A stretch of 64,000 bases of DNA from Bacteroidales bacterium (GTDB lineage Bacteria; Bacteroidota; Bacteroidia; Bacteroidales; UBA3663), in contig JAFWRO010000018.1 in the NCBI GenBank assembly GCA_017519885.1, positions 3,325-67,324 of the forward strand. Direction: 5' to 3'. Numbering within the stretch: position 1 is the stretch's first letter; every line of letters begins with the position of its first letter. This document shows positions 26,591 to 35,137 of this stretch, one piece after another. The translations under genes were made by a program, and so were the position numbers. Below the pieces are notes generated by a model. That model ran no database searches. It had not been told where the DNA came from and saw only the letters and a list, made by a program, of their open reading frames with translations.

Positions 26591-29557
26591 TTAATGGAAT
26601 CGTAGCGTTACACCAAGACTGAGCTGGGTAGCCTGTGGATAGGCACTGTTGGAATCTACACCTGGGGTGATGCCGGTCGAAGGTACAATCGAAGGATCGT
26701 TGCCCTCGTACGAGGTGAGGGTGAACAGGTTCTTGGCAGTCAGATAGACGCGAAGGCTCTCGACGATTTCGCGCTTCTTGGGGGTATAGTTGTAGCCGAT
26801 GGTCACGTTGTCGAACTTGAAGTAGTTGCCGTTCTCAAGGAAGTAGCTCGAGATGATGCCGCCGCTCGAGTGGACATCCTCATACTTGGTATAGGCTGTG
26901 CGGAGCACGTTGTCGGTGCCTGCACCCTGCAGACCCATGCCGTACTTGCGCATGTTGAAGATGTCGTAGCCCAATGTGCTGCGGAACAGCATGCTCAGAT
27001 CCCAGTTCTTGTACTTGAACGAGTTGCTCCACGAAAGGAAATGCATGGGTGCACCATTGCCGATGTGGCGCTTGTAGCTGGGGTCAGCCTGCGAGGCAGG
27101 AACCTTGTTGCCGTCGTTGTCGAAGACAAGGAGAAGGCCGTTCTCATCGATGCCGGCATGCTCATAGCCATAGAACTGGCCGATCTTGCCGCCTTCCTCC
27201 ACGCGGAAGAAGTATTCGCTCGAACCTGGTCCTGGCTTGCGGTAGAGGTCGAGGTAAGCCATCTGATAGACGTCGCTCGAAAGCTTGGTGAGCTTCGTTT
27301 CGCCCATGCTCCAGTTGATGCCGGCGGTCCATTTCACGGCTGTCTTCGAAAGCACATCGTAGTCAAGTGAAATCTCGACACCGGTGTTCTTGGTCGTGCC
27401 CACATTCACGAGGATGTTGCTGTAGATGAATGGAGGCTGGGGAGCGGTATAGCTGTAGAGAAGGTCCTGCGAACGACGGTCGAACCACTCGACGCTACCA
27501 CGCAGACGGCTGTGGAGTGCCACGAAGTCGACACCGACGTTGAAGGCGGTCGATTTCTCCCAGGCCAAGTCGGGGTTAGCATTGAGCGAAGGTGCATAGC
27601 CGTTGATCCATTCTCCGTCCACGAAGTAGGCACCATAGTTGCTGTAGGTGGCAAGCGACTGGTAGGCACCGAAGTCCGAACGTCCCGTCACACCGTAGGA
27701 GATACGGGGCTTGAGGCTCTGGAAGATCTTGCTCACGCCCTTGGCAAATGGAGTGCGGGTGATTTCCCAGGCCACCGATGCCGATGGGAAGTTACCCCAC
27801 TTGGTGTTGGCACCGAACTTGGTGCTGCCTTCACGACGCATCGAGGCCGAAAGGAAGAGCATGTCGTTGTAGTTGTAGTTCAAGCGTCCGAAGAAGCCGA
27901 TCAGGGTCGATTCCGAGGCACCTGCCCAGAGGCTTGCCTTGCCTTCCTGCAGTGCGGTACCGTTGCCGATGCCGTACCAGCCCATCGAGTCATAGACGAA
28001 GTCCTTGTTCTCGTTGCCGCTCTGCTCCCAGTTGCTGCGCTCCCACGAATAGCCGAGCACGAGCTTGATCTGGTGCTCGTCGAGGTTCAGGGCGTAGTTG
28101 GTAAGCCATTCCAGGCGGTTGGTCCACCACTTCTGGTAGTTGACGTTGGCACGTCCGTCATAGCCGTTCCAGAACGATTCGCTCGAAGTGGAGGGTGTAT
28201 AGAAGTTGCTCTTCAGGTCGTTGTATTGCAGCGCATAGCTGAGCGAGGTGTTCAGCATGTGACGCTCGGTCTGAAGGATGTTGAGCTTCACGTCGGTATT
28301 GCCCAAAAGGTAAACGCGGTCGCCTTCGTTGATGTTTTCCCTCAGGTCGTTCACCGGGTTATGGATATCTGTAGGCGAATTGGGCTGATAGTAGGTTCCG
28401 TCGGGGTTCTTGACGGGAATGGTGGGGTTCATCGTAAGGGCGGTGTCAAAAAGGCCGTCGTTGCCCCAATCCTCGTGTACCCTGCGGCCCGAGAGGGATG
28501 CATTGAACTGCAGGCGGTTGTTGAGCACGCGCTGCTCGCCCACGAAACGTGCACCGTATTCCTTGCGCCCGCTGACGATGTCCAGACCGTTGCCCTGCTT
28601 GTAGTTGAGCGAAACGCCGAAGAAGCCGTTCTTGGTCGAGCTGTCAATCGAGAGATACTGGTTGAGGTTGTAGCTTGCTGCACGGGTGATCTCGTCCCAC
28701 CAGTCGGTGTCGCCACCGTAGTCCTGTCCACGGCGAGAACGACGGAACTCCTCGGTAGTGAGGATGCCCGGCTTCGGCTTGGCAATGTTGAGGGCTACAT
28801 AGCTGTCATAGGTCACGTTGGTGACGCCTGCTGTGCCCGAACCCTTCTTGGTGGTCACGAGGATGACGCCGTTGGCACCACGTGTGCCGTAGATGGCTGC
28901 CGAACCGGCATCCTTCAGTACGGTAATCGACTCGACGTCCTGGGTGGCGATGTTGCGGAGGTCACCGCCTGCAATGCCGTCAATCACGATGAGTGGGCCG
29001 TTGGAGGCTGTCAGCGAACCTGCACCACGCACCTGGATTTCAGTGGTGGCATTCGGGTTGGCTTCGGCAGTTGCTGCAACGTTAAGACCTGTCACCTTGC
29101 CGGCAATCAGCGCCATCGGGTCGCTGGCTGCACCCTGGTTGAAGTTCTCCTTCGAGATCTGAACCACCGAGCTCGAGATCTCCTTCTTGGCCATCGAACC
29201 GTAGCCCACTACGACTACTTCGTTCAGCTGGGCAACGTCTTCGCTCAATGTAACGGTCATACCGTCCTTGGCAGGAACTTCCTGGGGGTCGAAACCGATG
29301 TAGCTGATCACAAGGGTGCTGCCCTCGTTGCACTTCAACTGGAAGTTACCGTCGAAGTCTGTCACTGTTCCGTTGGTTGTTCCTTTCACCAGGACACTTG
29401 CGCCAATGATGGTCTCGCCTGTGTCGTCAACAACCACGCCATTGATGGTGGTCTGTGCCGAAACATCCAAGGCAAAAAACACGATCGCCAGCATTAGGAC
29501 GATTCTGAGGCTTGCGCCCATTCCCAATCGACGGGAATACTCAAATGCTTTTTCCAT
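26591..29557 (-). CDS. susC: SusC/RagA-family TonB-dependent outer-membrane transporter
   Basis: N-terminal carboxypeptidase-regulatory-like domain (ING.V.D..GE.IIGASV.VKGT.NG..TD.DG.F), a plug domain and a C-terminal barrel ending ...LGVTLRFH. Confidence 0.9.
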   Translation of the reverse strand: MEKAFEYSRRLGMGASLRIVLMLAIVFFALDVSAQTTINGVVVDDTGETIIGASVLVKGTTNGTVTDFDGNFQLKCNEGSTLVISYIGFDPQEVPAKDGMTVTLSEDVAQLNEVVVVGYGSMAKKEISSSVVQISKENFNQGAASDPMALIAGKVTGLNVAATAEANPNATTEIQVRGAGSLTASNGPLIVIDGIAGGDLRNIATQDVESITVLKDAGSAAIYGTRGANGVILVTTKKGSGTAGVTNVTYDSYVALNIAKPKPGILTTEEFRRSRRGQDYGGDTDWWDEITRAASYNLNQYLSIDSSTKNGFFGVSLNYKQGNGLDIVSGRKEYGARFVGEQRVLNNRLQFNASLSGRRVHEDWGNDGLFDTALTMNPTIPVKNPDGTYYQPNSPTDIHNPVNDLRENINEGDRVYLLGNTDVKLNILQTERHMLNTSLSYALQYNDLKSNFYTPSTSSESFWNGYDGRANVNYQKWWTNRLEWLTNYALNLDEHQIKLVLGYSWERSNWEQSGNENKDFVYDSMGWYGIGNGTALQEGKASLWAGASESTLIGFFGRLNYNYNDMLFLSASMRREGSTKFGANTKWGNFPSASVAWEITRTPFAKGVSKIFQSLKPRISYGVTGRSDFGAYQSLATYSNYGAYFVDGEWINGYAPSLNANPDLAWEKSTAFNVGVDFVALHSRLRGSVEWFDRRSQDLLYSYTAPQPPFIYSNILVNVGTTKNTGVEISLDYDVLSKTAVKWTAGINWSMGETKLTKLSSDVYQMAYLDLYRKPGPGSSEYFFRVEEGGKIGQFYGYEHAGIDENGLLLVFDNDGNKVPASQADPSYKRHIGNGAPMHFLSWSNSFKYKNWDLSMLFRSTLGYDIFNMRKYGMGLQGAGTDNVLRTAYTKYEDVHSSGGIISSYFLENGNYFKFDNVTIGYNYTPKKREIVESLRVYLTAKNLFTLTSYEGNDPSIVPSTGITPGVDSNSAYPQATQLSLGVTLRFH

Positions 29558-29574
29558 TGTTTTGGGTTTTAAGT

Positions 29575-29653
29575 CAATAATAATTGTTAGTTATATGTTA
29601 TATGTCAATTATCAATTGTTAATTATCAAATGTTAATTATTTATTGTTAATTG
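29575..29653. repeat. AT-rich phased array of TTGTTAATTG-type units
   Basis: AATTGTTAG TTATATGTTA TATGTCAATT ATCAATTGTTAATT ATCAAATGTTAATT ATTTATTGTTAATTG lies between the GH97 stop and the susC start. Confidence 0.75.
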
Positions 29654-31668
29654 ATCCGTTCGATTCTGATGCCAGCTCCACCGCTGCGTGCCAGACGCAG
29701 GGTCAGTGTGGATTGGCAGGTTACCTCCTGCTGGCGGATGGTCATCTCGTAGGGATTGAGCTCGAAGTCGGCTGTGGGACCATCCTCGTAGATGACAGCA
29801 CGGTAGGTGGCACCCTCATCCAAGAAGTCGAGTCGTAGGTCCAGGGTGCGCGCCTCCTCGTTGGTGATGCTGCCCACCCACCAGTTGTCGCCACCGCGCT
29901 CCTTGCGTGCCACGGTCACGTACTTGCCGATTTCTCCATGGGGCACAAGGGTCTTGCTCCAAGTGGTCGGACAGCTCTCGATGAATGTCAGTGCAGGTTG
30001 TCCCTCGTAGTTCTCGATGGCATCGGCTGCCATCTGTAGGGGGCTGTAGATCACCACAAATTCGCCCAGTTGCTTGGCAAGGGTGGAGTGGGGGTGAGTG
30101 CCTTTCACGACTTCCGAGAAGTTGAAGATAGCAGGTGTAAAATCGGTAGGTCCTGCCAGGCAGCGCGTAAAGGGCAAGGTGACGGTATGTGCAGGTGGAT
30201 TGCCGCCCTTCACGTCCCAGGCATTGTATTCCTGTCCGCGCACGCCTTCCTGTGTCATCAGGTTGGGCAAGGTGCGTTGCAGGCCTGTCGGCATAGCTGG
30301 CTCGTGGTTGTCGATCATGATGTGATGCTTGGCTGCTGTCTCGATCACCTTGCGGTAGTGGCGGATGCCGTACTGCGACTTGGCGAGTTCCTTGCCGTCG
30401 AAGTAGTGGCCCACATATCCTGTCTTCACTGCGCGGATGCCCAGCCTGCTGAACCAGGCAAAGGCTTCGTCCATCTGCTCCTCGAGCAGGCGGGTGTTGC
30501 CCCAGGTCTCGGTGTGTCCGATGAAGCGCACGCCCTTCGAAAGGGCATAGTTGCAGACTTCTTCGATGTCGAAGTCGGGATACGACTTCAGGTAACTGAT
30601 CTGCTCGCCTTCGCCCCATCCGGGATTCCATCCTTCGGCCAGCACGCCGCTGAATCCGTGTCGTGCAGCGAAGTCGATGTAGCGCTTCACGTTCTCGGTG
30701 GTGGCTCCGTGCGTTGGTCCCATCTCCCAGGTGTTCTGCTTCTTGTGGATGCTCCACCAGATGCCGAGGTAACGGCCGGGCTCTATCCACAAGGTGTCTT
30801 CCCACTGGCAGGGCTCGTTGAGGTTGAGCATCAGGCGCGAGGTCATCAGGTCGCCCGGTCTTTTGCCGATGATGATGGTGCGCCAAGGGGTGCGTGTCTC
30901 GTCCTGGCAATACACCTTCACGCCGTTCTGCCAAGGGGTCAGGGCTGTGAGCAGGCGTATGCTGCCGTCATTTCCTGTCCGTGGAGTCAGGTTGATGCTT
31001 GCATAATCGACGAGGGCAGCCTCGTGGAGGGCCAGCAGCAGCGAATCCTCGTATTCGATGGTCAGGGGAGTGCACACCGTGTCCTTGCGGCTCAGCAGGT
31101 CGGCCTGGTAGATACCCTCGAAGTATTCCGTGCGGTTGCTGGGTATCGACCATGCCTTGGCATCGTGAGCCAGGGTAATCTCGGTCAGTTCGTCCATGAT
31201 CTGGTATTCTGCTCCCGGCTTTGTTCCAGGCAGGATGTAGCGGAAGCCCAGTCCGTCATCAAATACGCGGAACACCACCGTCATCATCCTTTTCTGTCCC
31301 GTGCGCTCCTTGAAGTTCACGGTCAATTCGTTGTAGCGGTTCACCACGGTCTCGTCCTCGCCCCAAAGCTGTGTCCACGTCTCGTCGGTCGAGGCAGTCT
31401 TGCTGCCTTTCATCTCGACGCGTTCGCCCAACGGTCCGTCGTTGAGCACGAAGCCAAGGTGCGAAGGAAGCACAAGGTCCTTCGAACCATACGTCACCTG
31501 GTAGTAGGGTTTCTCGGAGGCCACCCCGACGGAGACCTTGATTGCTCCGTCGGGTGAGGTCACCGATACACACTTTGCATGAACACTTGCAAAGTGACTA
31601 CACACACACATTATTAAACAAAAACCAAAAAACGAAAAATGATTGCGCATATAGTTTATAATATACAT
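29647..31668 (-). CDS. susB: GH97 alpha-glucosidase (SusB-like)
   Basis: Size, signal peptide and N-terminal SPDG.I.V.V pattern are typical of GH97. It is the first gene of the PUL operon. The start may be 31668 or 31650. Confidence 0.85.
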   Translation of the reverse strand: MYIINYMRNHFSFFGFCLIMCVCSHFASVHAKCVSVTSPDGAIKVSVGVASEKPYYQVTYGSKDLVLPSHLGFVLNDGPLGERVEMKGSKTASTDETWTQLWGEDETVVNRYNELTVNFKERTGQKRMMTVVFRVFDDGLGFRYILPGTKPGAEYQIMDELTEITLAHDAKAWSIPSNRTEYFEGIYQADLLSRKDTVCTPLTIEYEDSLLLALHEAALVDYASINLTPRTGNDGSIRLLTALTPWQNGVKVYCQDETRTPWRTIIIGKRPGDLMTSRLMLNLNEPCQWEDTLWIEPGRYLGIWWSIHKKQNTWEMGPTHGATTENVKRYIDFAARHGFSGVLAEGWNPGWGEGEQISYLKSYPDFDIEEVCNYALSKGVRFIGHTETWGNTRLLEEQMDEAFAWFSRLGIRAVKTGYVGHYFDGKELAKSQYGIRHYRKVIETAAKHHIMIDNHEPAMPTGLQRTLPNLMTQEGVRGQEYNAWDVKGGNPPAHTVTLPFTRCLAGPTDFTPAIFNFSEVVKGTHPHSTLAKQLGEFVVIYSPLQMAADAIENYEGQPALTFIESCPTTWSKTLVPHGEIGKYVTVARKERGGDNWWVGSITNEEARTLDLRLDFLDEGATYRAVIYEDGPTADFELNPYEMTIRQQEVTCQSTLTLRLARSGGAGIRIERIN

Positions 31669-31678
31669 GATCGATTTT

Positions 31679-31704
31679 TAATACGTGTTTTGTAATACGT
31701 GTTT
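31679..31704. promoter_or_regulatory. direct repeat TAATACGTGTTT x2 (14 bp register) in the susB leader
   Basis: Two exact 12-mers at 31679-31690 and 31693-31704 lie between the -7 box (31754-31761) and the susB start codon. Confidence 0.5.
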
Positions 31705-31753
31705 GATGAAGATAATTTGTGTTTTCACAAGCCATTGGTTGTGCTTTCGGGTG

Positions 31754-31761
31754 CAAAGATA
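31754..31761 (-). promoter_or_regulatory. Bacteroidota -7 promoter box (TAtcTTTG on the minus strand) for the PUL operon
   Basis: Plus strand CAAAGATA, about 85-100 nt upstream of the susB start. Confidence 0.55.
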
Positions 31762-31936
31762 TAGGGTTTTATGATAGCTTCCAAACGCATCAAAGTAAAA
31801 TCAAAGTAATCTGTAAATATAAACTATTGATTATCAGCATTGACAATTTATTCGTTCAAGATAAGAATCTAAATGTTTTCAATCCGTAATTCCCCTCTTT
31901 TTCGCGCTAAAATTTGGAGAATATTATTTTATTTCG

Positions 31937-31944
31937 TATCTTTG
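31937..31944 (+). promoter_or_regulatory. Bacteroidota -7 promoter box (TAtcTTTG) for the regulator gene
   Basis: Exact TAnnTTTG match 36 nt upstream of ATG 31980. Confidence 0.6.
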
Positions 31945-31979
31945 CAGCGAGAAAACAATCCATCAATCCCCTTTGTCCC

Positions 31980-33632
31980 ATGAAATGTATCGCCCTGATC
32001 GCCGGTCTCCTTTTTCTTCCCCTTTGCTGTTCCTTTGCGGCCAGCACCACCAACCAACAGCTCTATCAGACCCTCGACAGCCTGATAGAGCATCAGCAGG
32101 ACATCATTGCACAGAAGGAGGTACACATCAGCCACATCCACGAGGGCATCCATGGCCTTGCACTCACGCCCGCGCAGGAATATACTTATAATATGCGCCT
32201 GTACGACGAGTATCTGGCCTTTAATTTCGACTCAGCCTATTACTACATCGACCGCAATCTCCACCTCCCGCGTCATCCGGGCGACTATCAGCACTTCGCC
32301 CTCAGCGCCATCCGCATGGCACACATCCTCGCCGTATGCGGACTCTTTGACCACGCCTATTCCCAACTCTCTGCGATTTGTGCCGACAGTCTGACCAATC
32401 CGCTGCGCGTCGAATACTACAATCAGTGGAGCGAGATTTTTCTCTACCGTTCCGAAATGGAGCGTTACACCCCCTTCTCCAGTCAGGATACCGACAGTGC
32501 CCAGTACTATCGCCAGCTGGTCATGCAGATTGCTCCGAAGGAATCGTTCGACTACGTTTCCTGCCTCGCCAACTACACTTGTGAGAAGGGCGATGTCGAT
32601 CTGGCCATTGAGATGTATGAGAATTTTCTCCCTTCGCTTCAGCAGGGCACACGCAGCTACAGCATCGTGGCAAGTACGCTTGCCTATTTCTATTCGCGCA
32701 TCCAGAAGTACGATCAGCAGGAGCGCTATCTGCTGCTCAGTGCCATCAGCGACCTGCGGGGCGCCATTCTCGAGAATAACTCCTTCCGCGAACTCTCGTC
32801 CATCCTGCTCGAACGCAACGATACGAAGCGAGCCTATGCCTACCTCGTCCATGCCAGTAGCGATGCGCGTCGCTATGGCAGCCGCCTCCGCAGCATGCAG
32901 GCAGCCCAGATGTCACCGCTCATTCTCAAGGCCTACGACCTGGAGCGCACCCAGTCGCAGCGTCGCATCTCCATTCTGCTCATCATCGTTTCGGTCATCG
33001 CTCTTCTGCTCATCGCCACCATCGCCTTTATCTTGGTGCTGCTGCGCAAGCGCCACCTTTATACCCAGGCTGTACGCAATGCCTCCGCTCAGATTCGTGT
33101 CATGAACAAGGAACTGGCTCAGCGCAACACCGAGGTCGAGCGCATCAACCAGGATATGAAGGAGAGCATCCGCATCAAGGACGAATACATCGGCCGATTC
33201 CTCGAACTATGCAGCACCCTCATCCGTCGTGGCGAGGACCGTGCCCGTCAGCTCTATCGCCTTTCGCGCGAAAGGAATGTCACCGAACTATATGCACAAT
33301 TAAAGAGCCAGACGCTCATCAACGATGGCTATCGGCTCTTTCACCAGAATTTCGATACGGCATTTCTCAACATCTTCCCCAACTTCATCAGCGAAGTCAA
33401 TCGCCTGATGATTCCTGGCAACGAGTTCGAGGTCGGTGACGATGGCGCACGCCTCACCACCGAGCTTCGCGTCCTTGCCCTCCTGCGCCTCGGCATCACC
33501 GACAACCAGAAGATTGCCGACATCCTCCGCTCCAGCATCACCACCATCTACACCTATCGTTCCAAAATCAAGTCCCGCGCCATCGACAAGGATTCATTTG
33601 AAGACAATATTCGGAAGATAGCCACCTATTAA
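31980..33632 (+). CDS. membrane-anchored PUL regulator (DUF6377-like): periplasmic helical-repeat domain, one TM helix, coiled coil and a C-terminal LuxR-like HTH
   Basis: Signal/anchor sequence, then a TPR-like ~330 aa region. The TM helix is ISILLIIVSVIALLLIATIAFILVLL. The C-terminus is LTTELRVLALLRLGITDNQKIADILRSSITTIYTYRSKIK. It is divergent from the starch PUL. Confidence 0.6.
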   Translation: MKCIALIAGLLFLPLCCSFAASTTNQQLYQTLDSLIEHQQDIIAQKEVHISHIHEGIHGLALTPAQEYTYNMRLYDEYLAFNFDSAYYYIDRNLHLPRHPGDYQHFALSAIRMAHILAVCGLFDHAYSQLSAICADSLTNPLRVEYYNQWSEIFLYRSEMERYTPFSSQDTDSAQYYRQLVMQIAPKESFDYVSCLANYTCEKGDVDLAIEMYENFLPSLQQGTRSYSIVASTLAYFYSRIQKYDQQERYLLLSAISDLRGAILENNSFRELSSILLERNDTKRAYAYLVHASSDARRYGSRLRSMQAAQMSPLILKAYDLERTQSQRRISILLIIVSVIALLLIATIAFILVLLRKRHLYTQAVRNASAQIRVMNKELAQRNTEVERINQDMKESIRIKDEYIGRFLELCSTLIRRGEDRARQLYRLSRERNVTELYAQLKSQTLINDGYRLFHQNFDTAFLNIFPNFISEVNRLMIPGNEFEVGDDGARLTTELRVLALLRLGITDNQKIADILRSSITTIYTYRSKIKSRAIDKDSFEDNIRKIATY

Positions 33633-33668
33633 AAGAAGCTTAACACTCCATAAAACAAGAAAAACATT

Positions 33669-34307
33669 TCAAACCTGTTCCCACTCCGTCCTGCAACCTT
33701 TCTCGATGGCTGCGAGCGAAGCGGGGCTGGCTCCTACCACGATATTGCGGCCCGTGGTGTTGCTGTTGAGCAGAGGCAGATCGTCGCTGTGATCGGTGAT
33801 GACGACATCGAGCTCCGCCTTGTGCACCTGCAGCAAGCGCTGCAGGGCCTCGACCTTATGCTGCCCCACATTTTCCTTCCACTCGCCAATGACAACCTCA
33901 GAGGGAAGCAGCGTGCCGCAGCAGAGGTCCATATTGAGAAACTCGGCGATGGCGTGCGCATAGAACGCGGGTGCCGCCGTGGCGAGCACCAGCAGATGCC
34001 CTCGGTTGCGATAGGGCTCCATAAGCTGCTGCACAGGCACGTTGAGGTAAGTCATCTCCTTTTCGACGAAGTGGTCGAGACGGCTCTTCTGCGTCATAAA
34101 GGCGGCGGTGCGGTCGAGCAATGCCTGCTTCATGCGGCTGTGGCTGACGAAGCGCAGCTTCCGCAGCACGACCCACCACAAGATGCTGAAGCAGATGTCG
34201 AACTGGAAGTTATGGAGCGCAGCACTACCGCAGTAGCTGAGGTAGTCGCGAAAGGTGTTGGTGCTTAGTAGGGTGCCGTCGAGATCGATGGCGAGGGCTT
34301 TGCGCAT
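33669..34307 (-). CDS. HAD-superfamily (subfamily IB-like) hydrolase
   Basis: Motif I is AIDLDGTL at the N-terminus. The C-terminal region is ITDHSDDLPLL. Confidence 0.7.
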   Translation of the reverse strand: MRKALAIDLDGTLLSTNTFRDYLSYCGSAALHNFQFDICFSILWWVVLRKLRFVSHSRMKQALLDRTAAFMTQKSRLDHFVEKEMTYLNVPVQQLMEPYRNRGHLLVLATAAPAFYAHAIAEFLNMDLCCGTLLPSEVVIGEWKENVGQHKVEALQRLLQVHKAELDVVITDHSDDLPLLNSNTTGRNIVVGASPASLAAIEKGCRTEWEQV

Positions 34308-34360
34308 TATCGTGAATTGACTTGAATTTTATTTTTTATCAAGAATTAGAGATAGAGAAT

Positions 34361-34972
34361 TTACCGATAGTCGTTGGACCAAGGGAAACGACAGAGGGTA
34401 CGGTTGTGATAAAGACAGAAGTCGGCATCGCAGATTGGATGAGGAATAGTGACGGTGATGACTGCAACGCGAATGGTGATGTCGGGGAATTGCTTCAACA
34501 ACTGAAGACGAGCCTGTTGGATCGTAGCACCCGTGTCGATGGCATCATCGATGAGAAGGATTGAGGGGTTTGAAGGGTTTGAGAGGTTTGAGAAGTTTGA
34601 AGGGTTTGAGAGGGTTGAAGTGATATCTTGGGGCAGACGGATCGTGCCGATTCGAACGGGGTCTTTCCCCTTGCTGCGCCACTCGTTGACGCGGCTCTCG
34701 ACAATACGGAGAGTGTTGCACAACCACAGGGGCAAATGCTGCAACAGGCGATGCGCAAGCCCATTGCTCTTCTGTTCTGTACCAGGTCGCGACAAGCGCA
34801 CTTCGCAGTAAGCTGCTTCGGGGAAATCATTTCGCATCCGGCGGGCAACTTCGGCACCACCATGCTGAATGCCGATAAGGAGCGACGGAGTGAACCCTCC
34901 AGCCTTGACGCGACAGGAGAGTTGGCTACAAGCCTCAGCCAAAAGGGCAGGAGTAAAAGTTACAACAGACAC
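34361..34972 (-). CDS. type I phosphoribosyltransferase-family protein carrying an in-frame repeat insertion
   Basis: The PRPP-binding loop ILLIDDAIDTGAT is preceded by STLSNPSNFSNLSNPSNPS, which is encoded by the GGTTTGAGAG array. The start is GTG at 34972, with no in-frame ATG nearby. Confidence 0.6.
   Translation of the reverse strand: MSVVTFTPALLAEACSQLSCRVKAGGFTPSLLIGIQHGGAEVARRMRNDFPEAAYCEVRLSRPGTEQKSNGLAHRLLQHLPLWLCNTLRIVESRVNEWRSKGKDPVRIGTIRLPQDITSTLSNPSNFSNLSNPSNPSILLIDDAIDTGATIQQARLQLLKQFPDITIRVAVITVTIPHPICDADFCLYHNRTLCRFPWSNDYR
34558..34620. repeat. phased-repeat array (GGGGTTTGAAG GGTTTGAGAG GTTTGAGAA GTTTGAAGG GTTTGAGAGG GTTGAAG) inside the PRTase CDS
   Basis: Read directly from the sequence and in frame with the minus-strand CDS. 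Confidence 0.85.
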
Positions 34973-34975
34973 GGG

Positions 34976-35137
34976 AGGTGGAGGGGTTAAGAAGGGTTAG
35001 GAGGGGTTCTGAAGAGTTCTGAAAGGTTCTGAAGAGTTCTGAAAGGTTGCTCCCGTTGGTCGCGTCCGAGGGAAGCGAAAGGTTGCTTCCTTCGGGGCGC
35101 GCGAGCAGAGCTCGGAGCGAAGGGTGAAGAGGGGTTA
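34976..35137. repeat. repeat element: GGTTAAGAAG/GGTTCTGAAAG array, duplicated core, short array
   Basis: The array is 34976-35046. A core half-copy lies at 35045-35080 and the full core at 35081-35121 (GGTTGCTTCCTTCG GGGCGCGCGAGCAGAGCTCGGAGCGAA). The tail is GGGTGAAGAGGGG. Confidence 0.85.
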
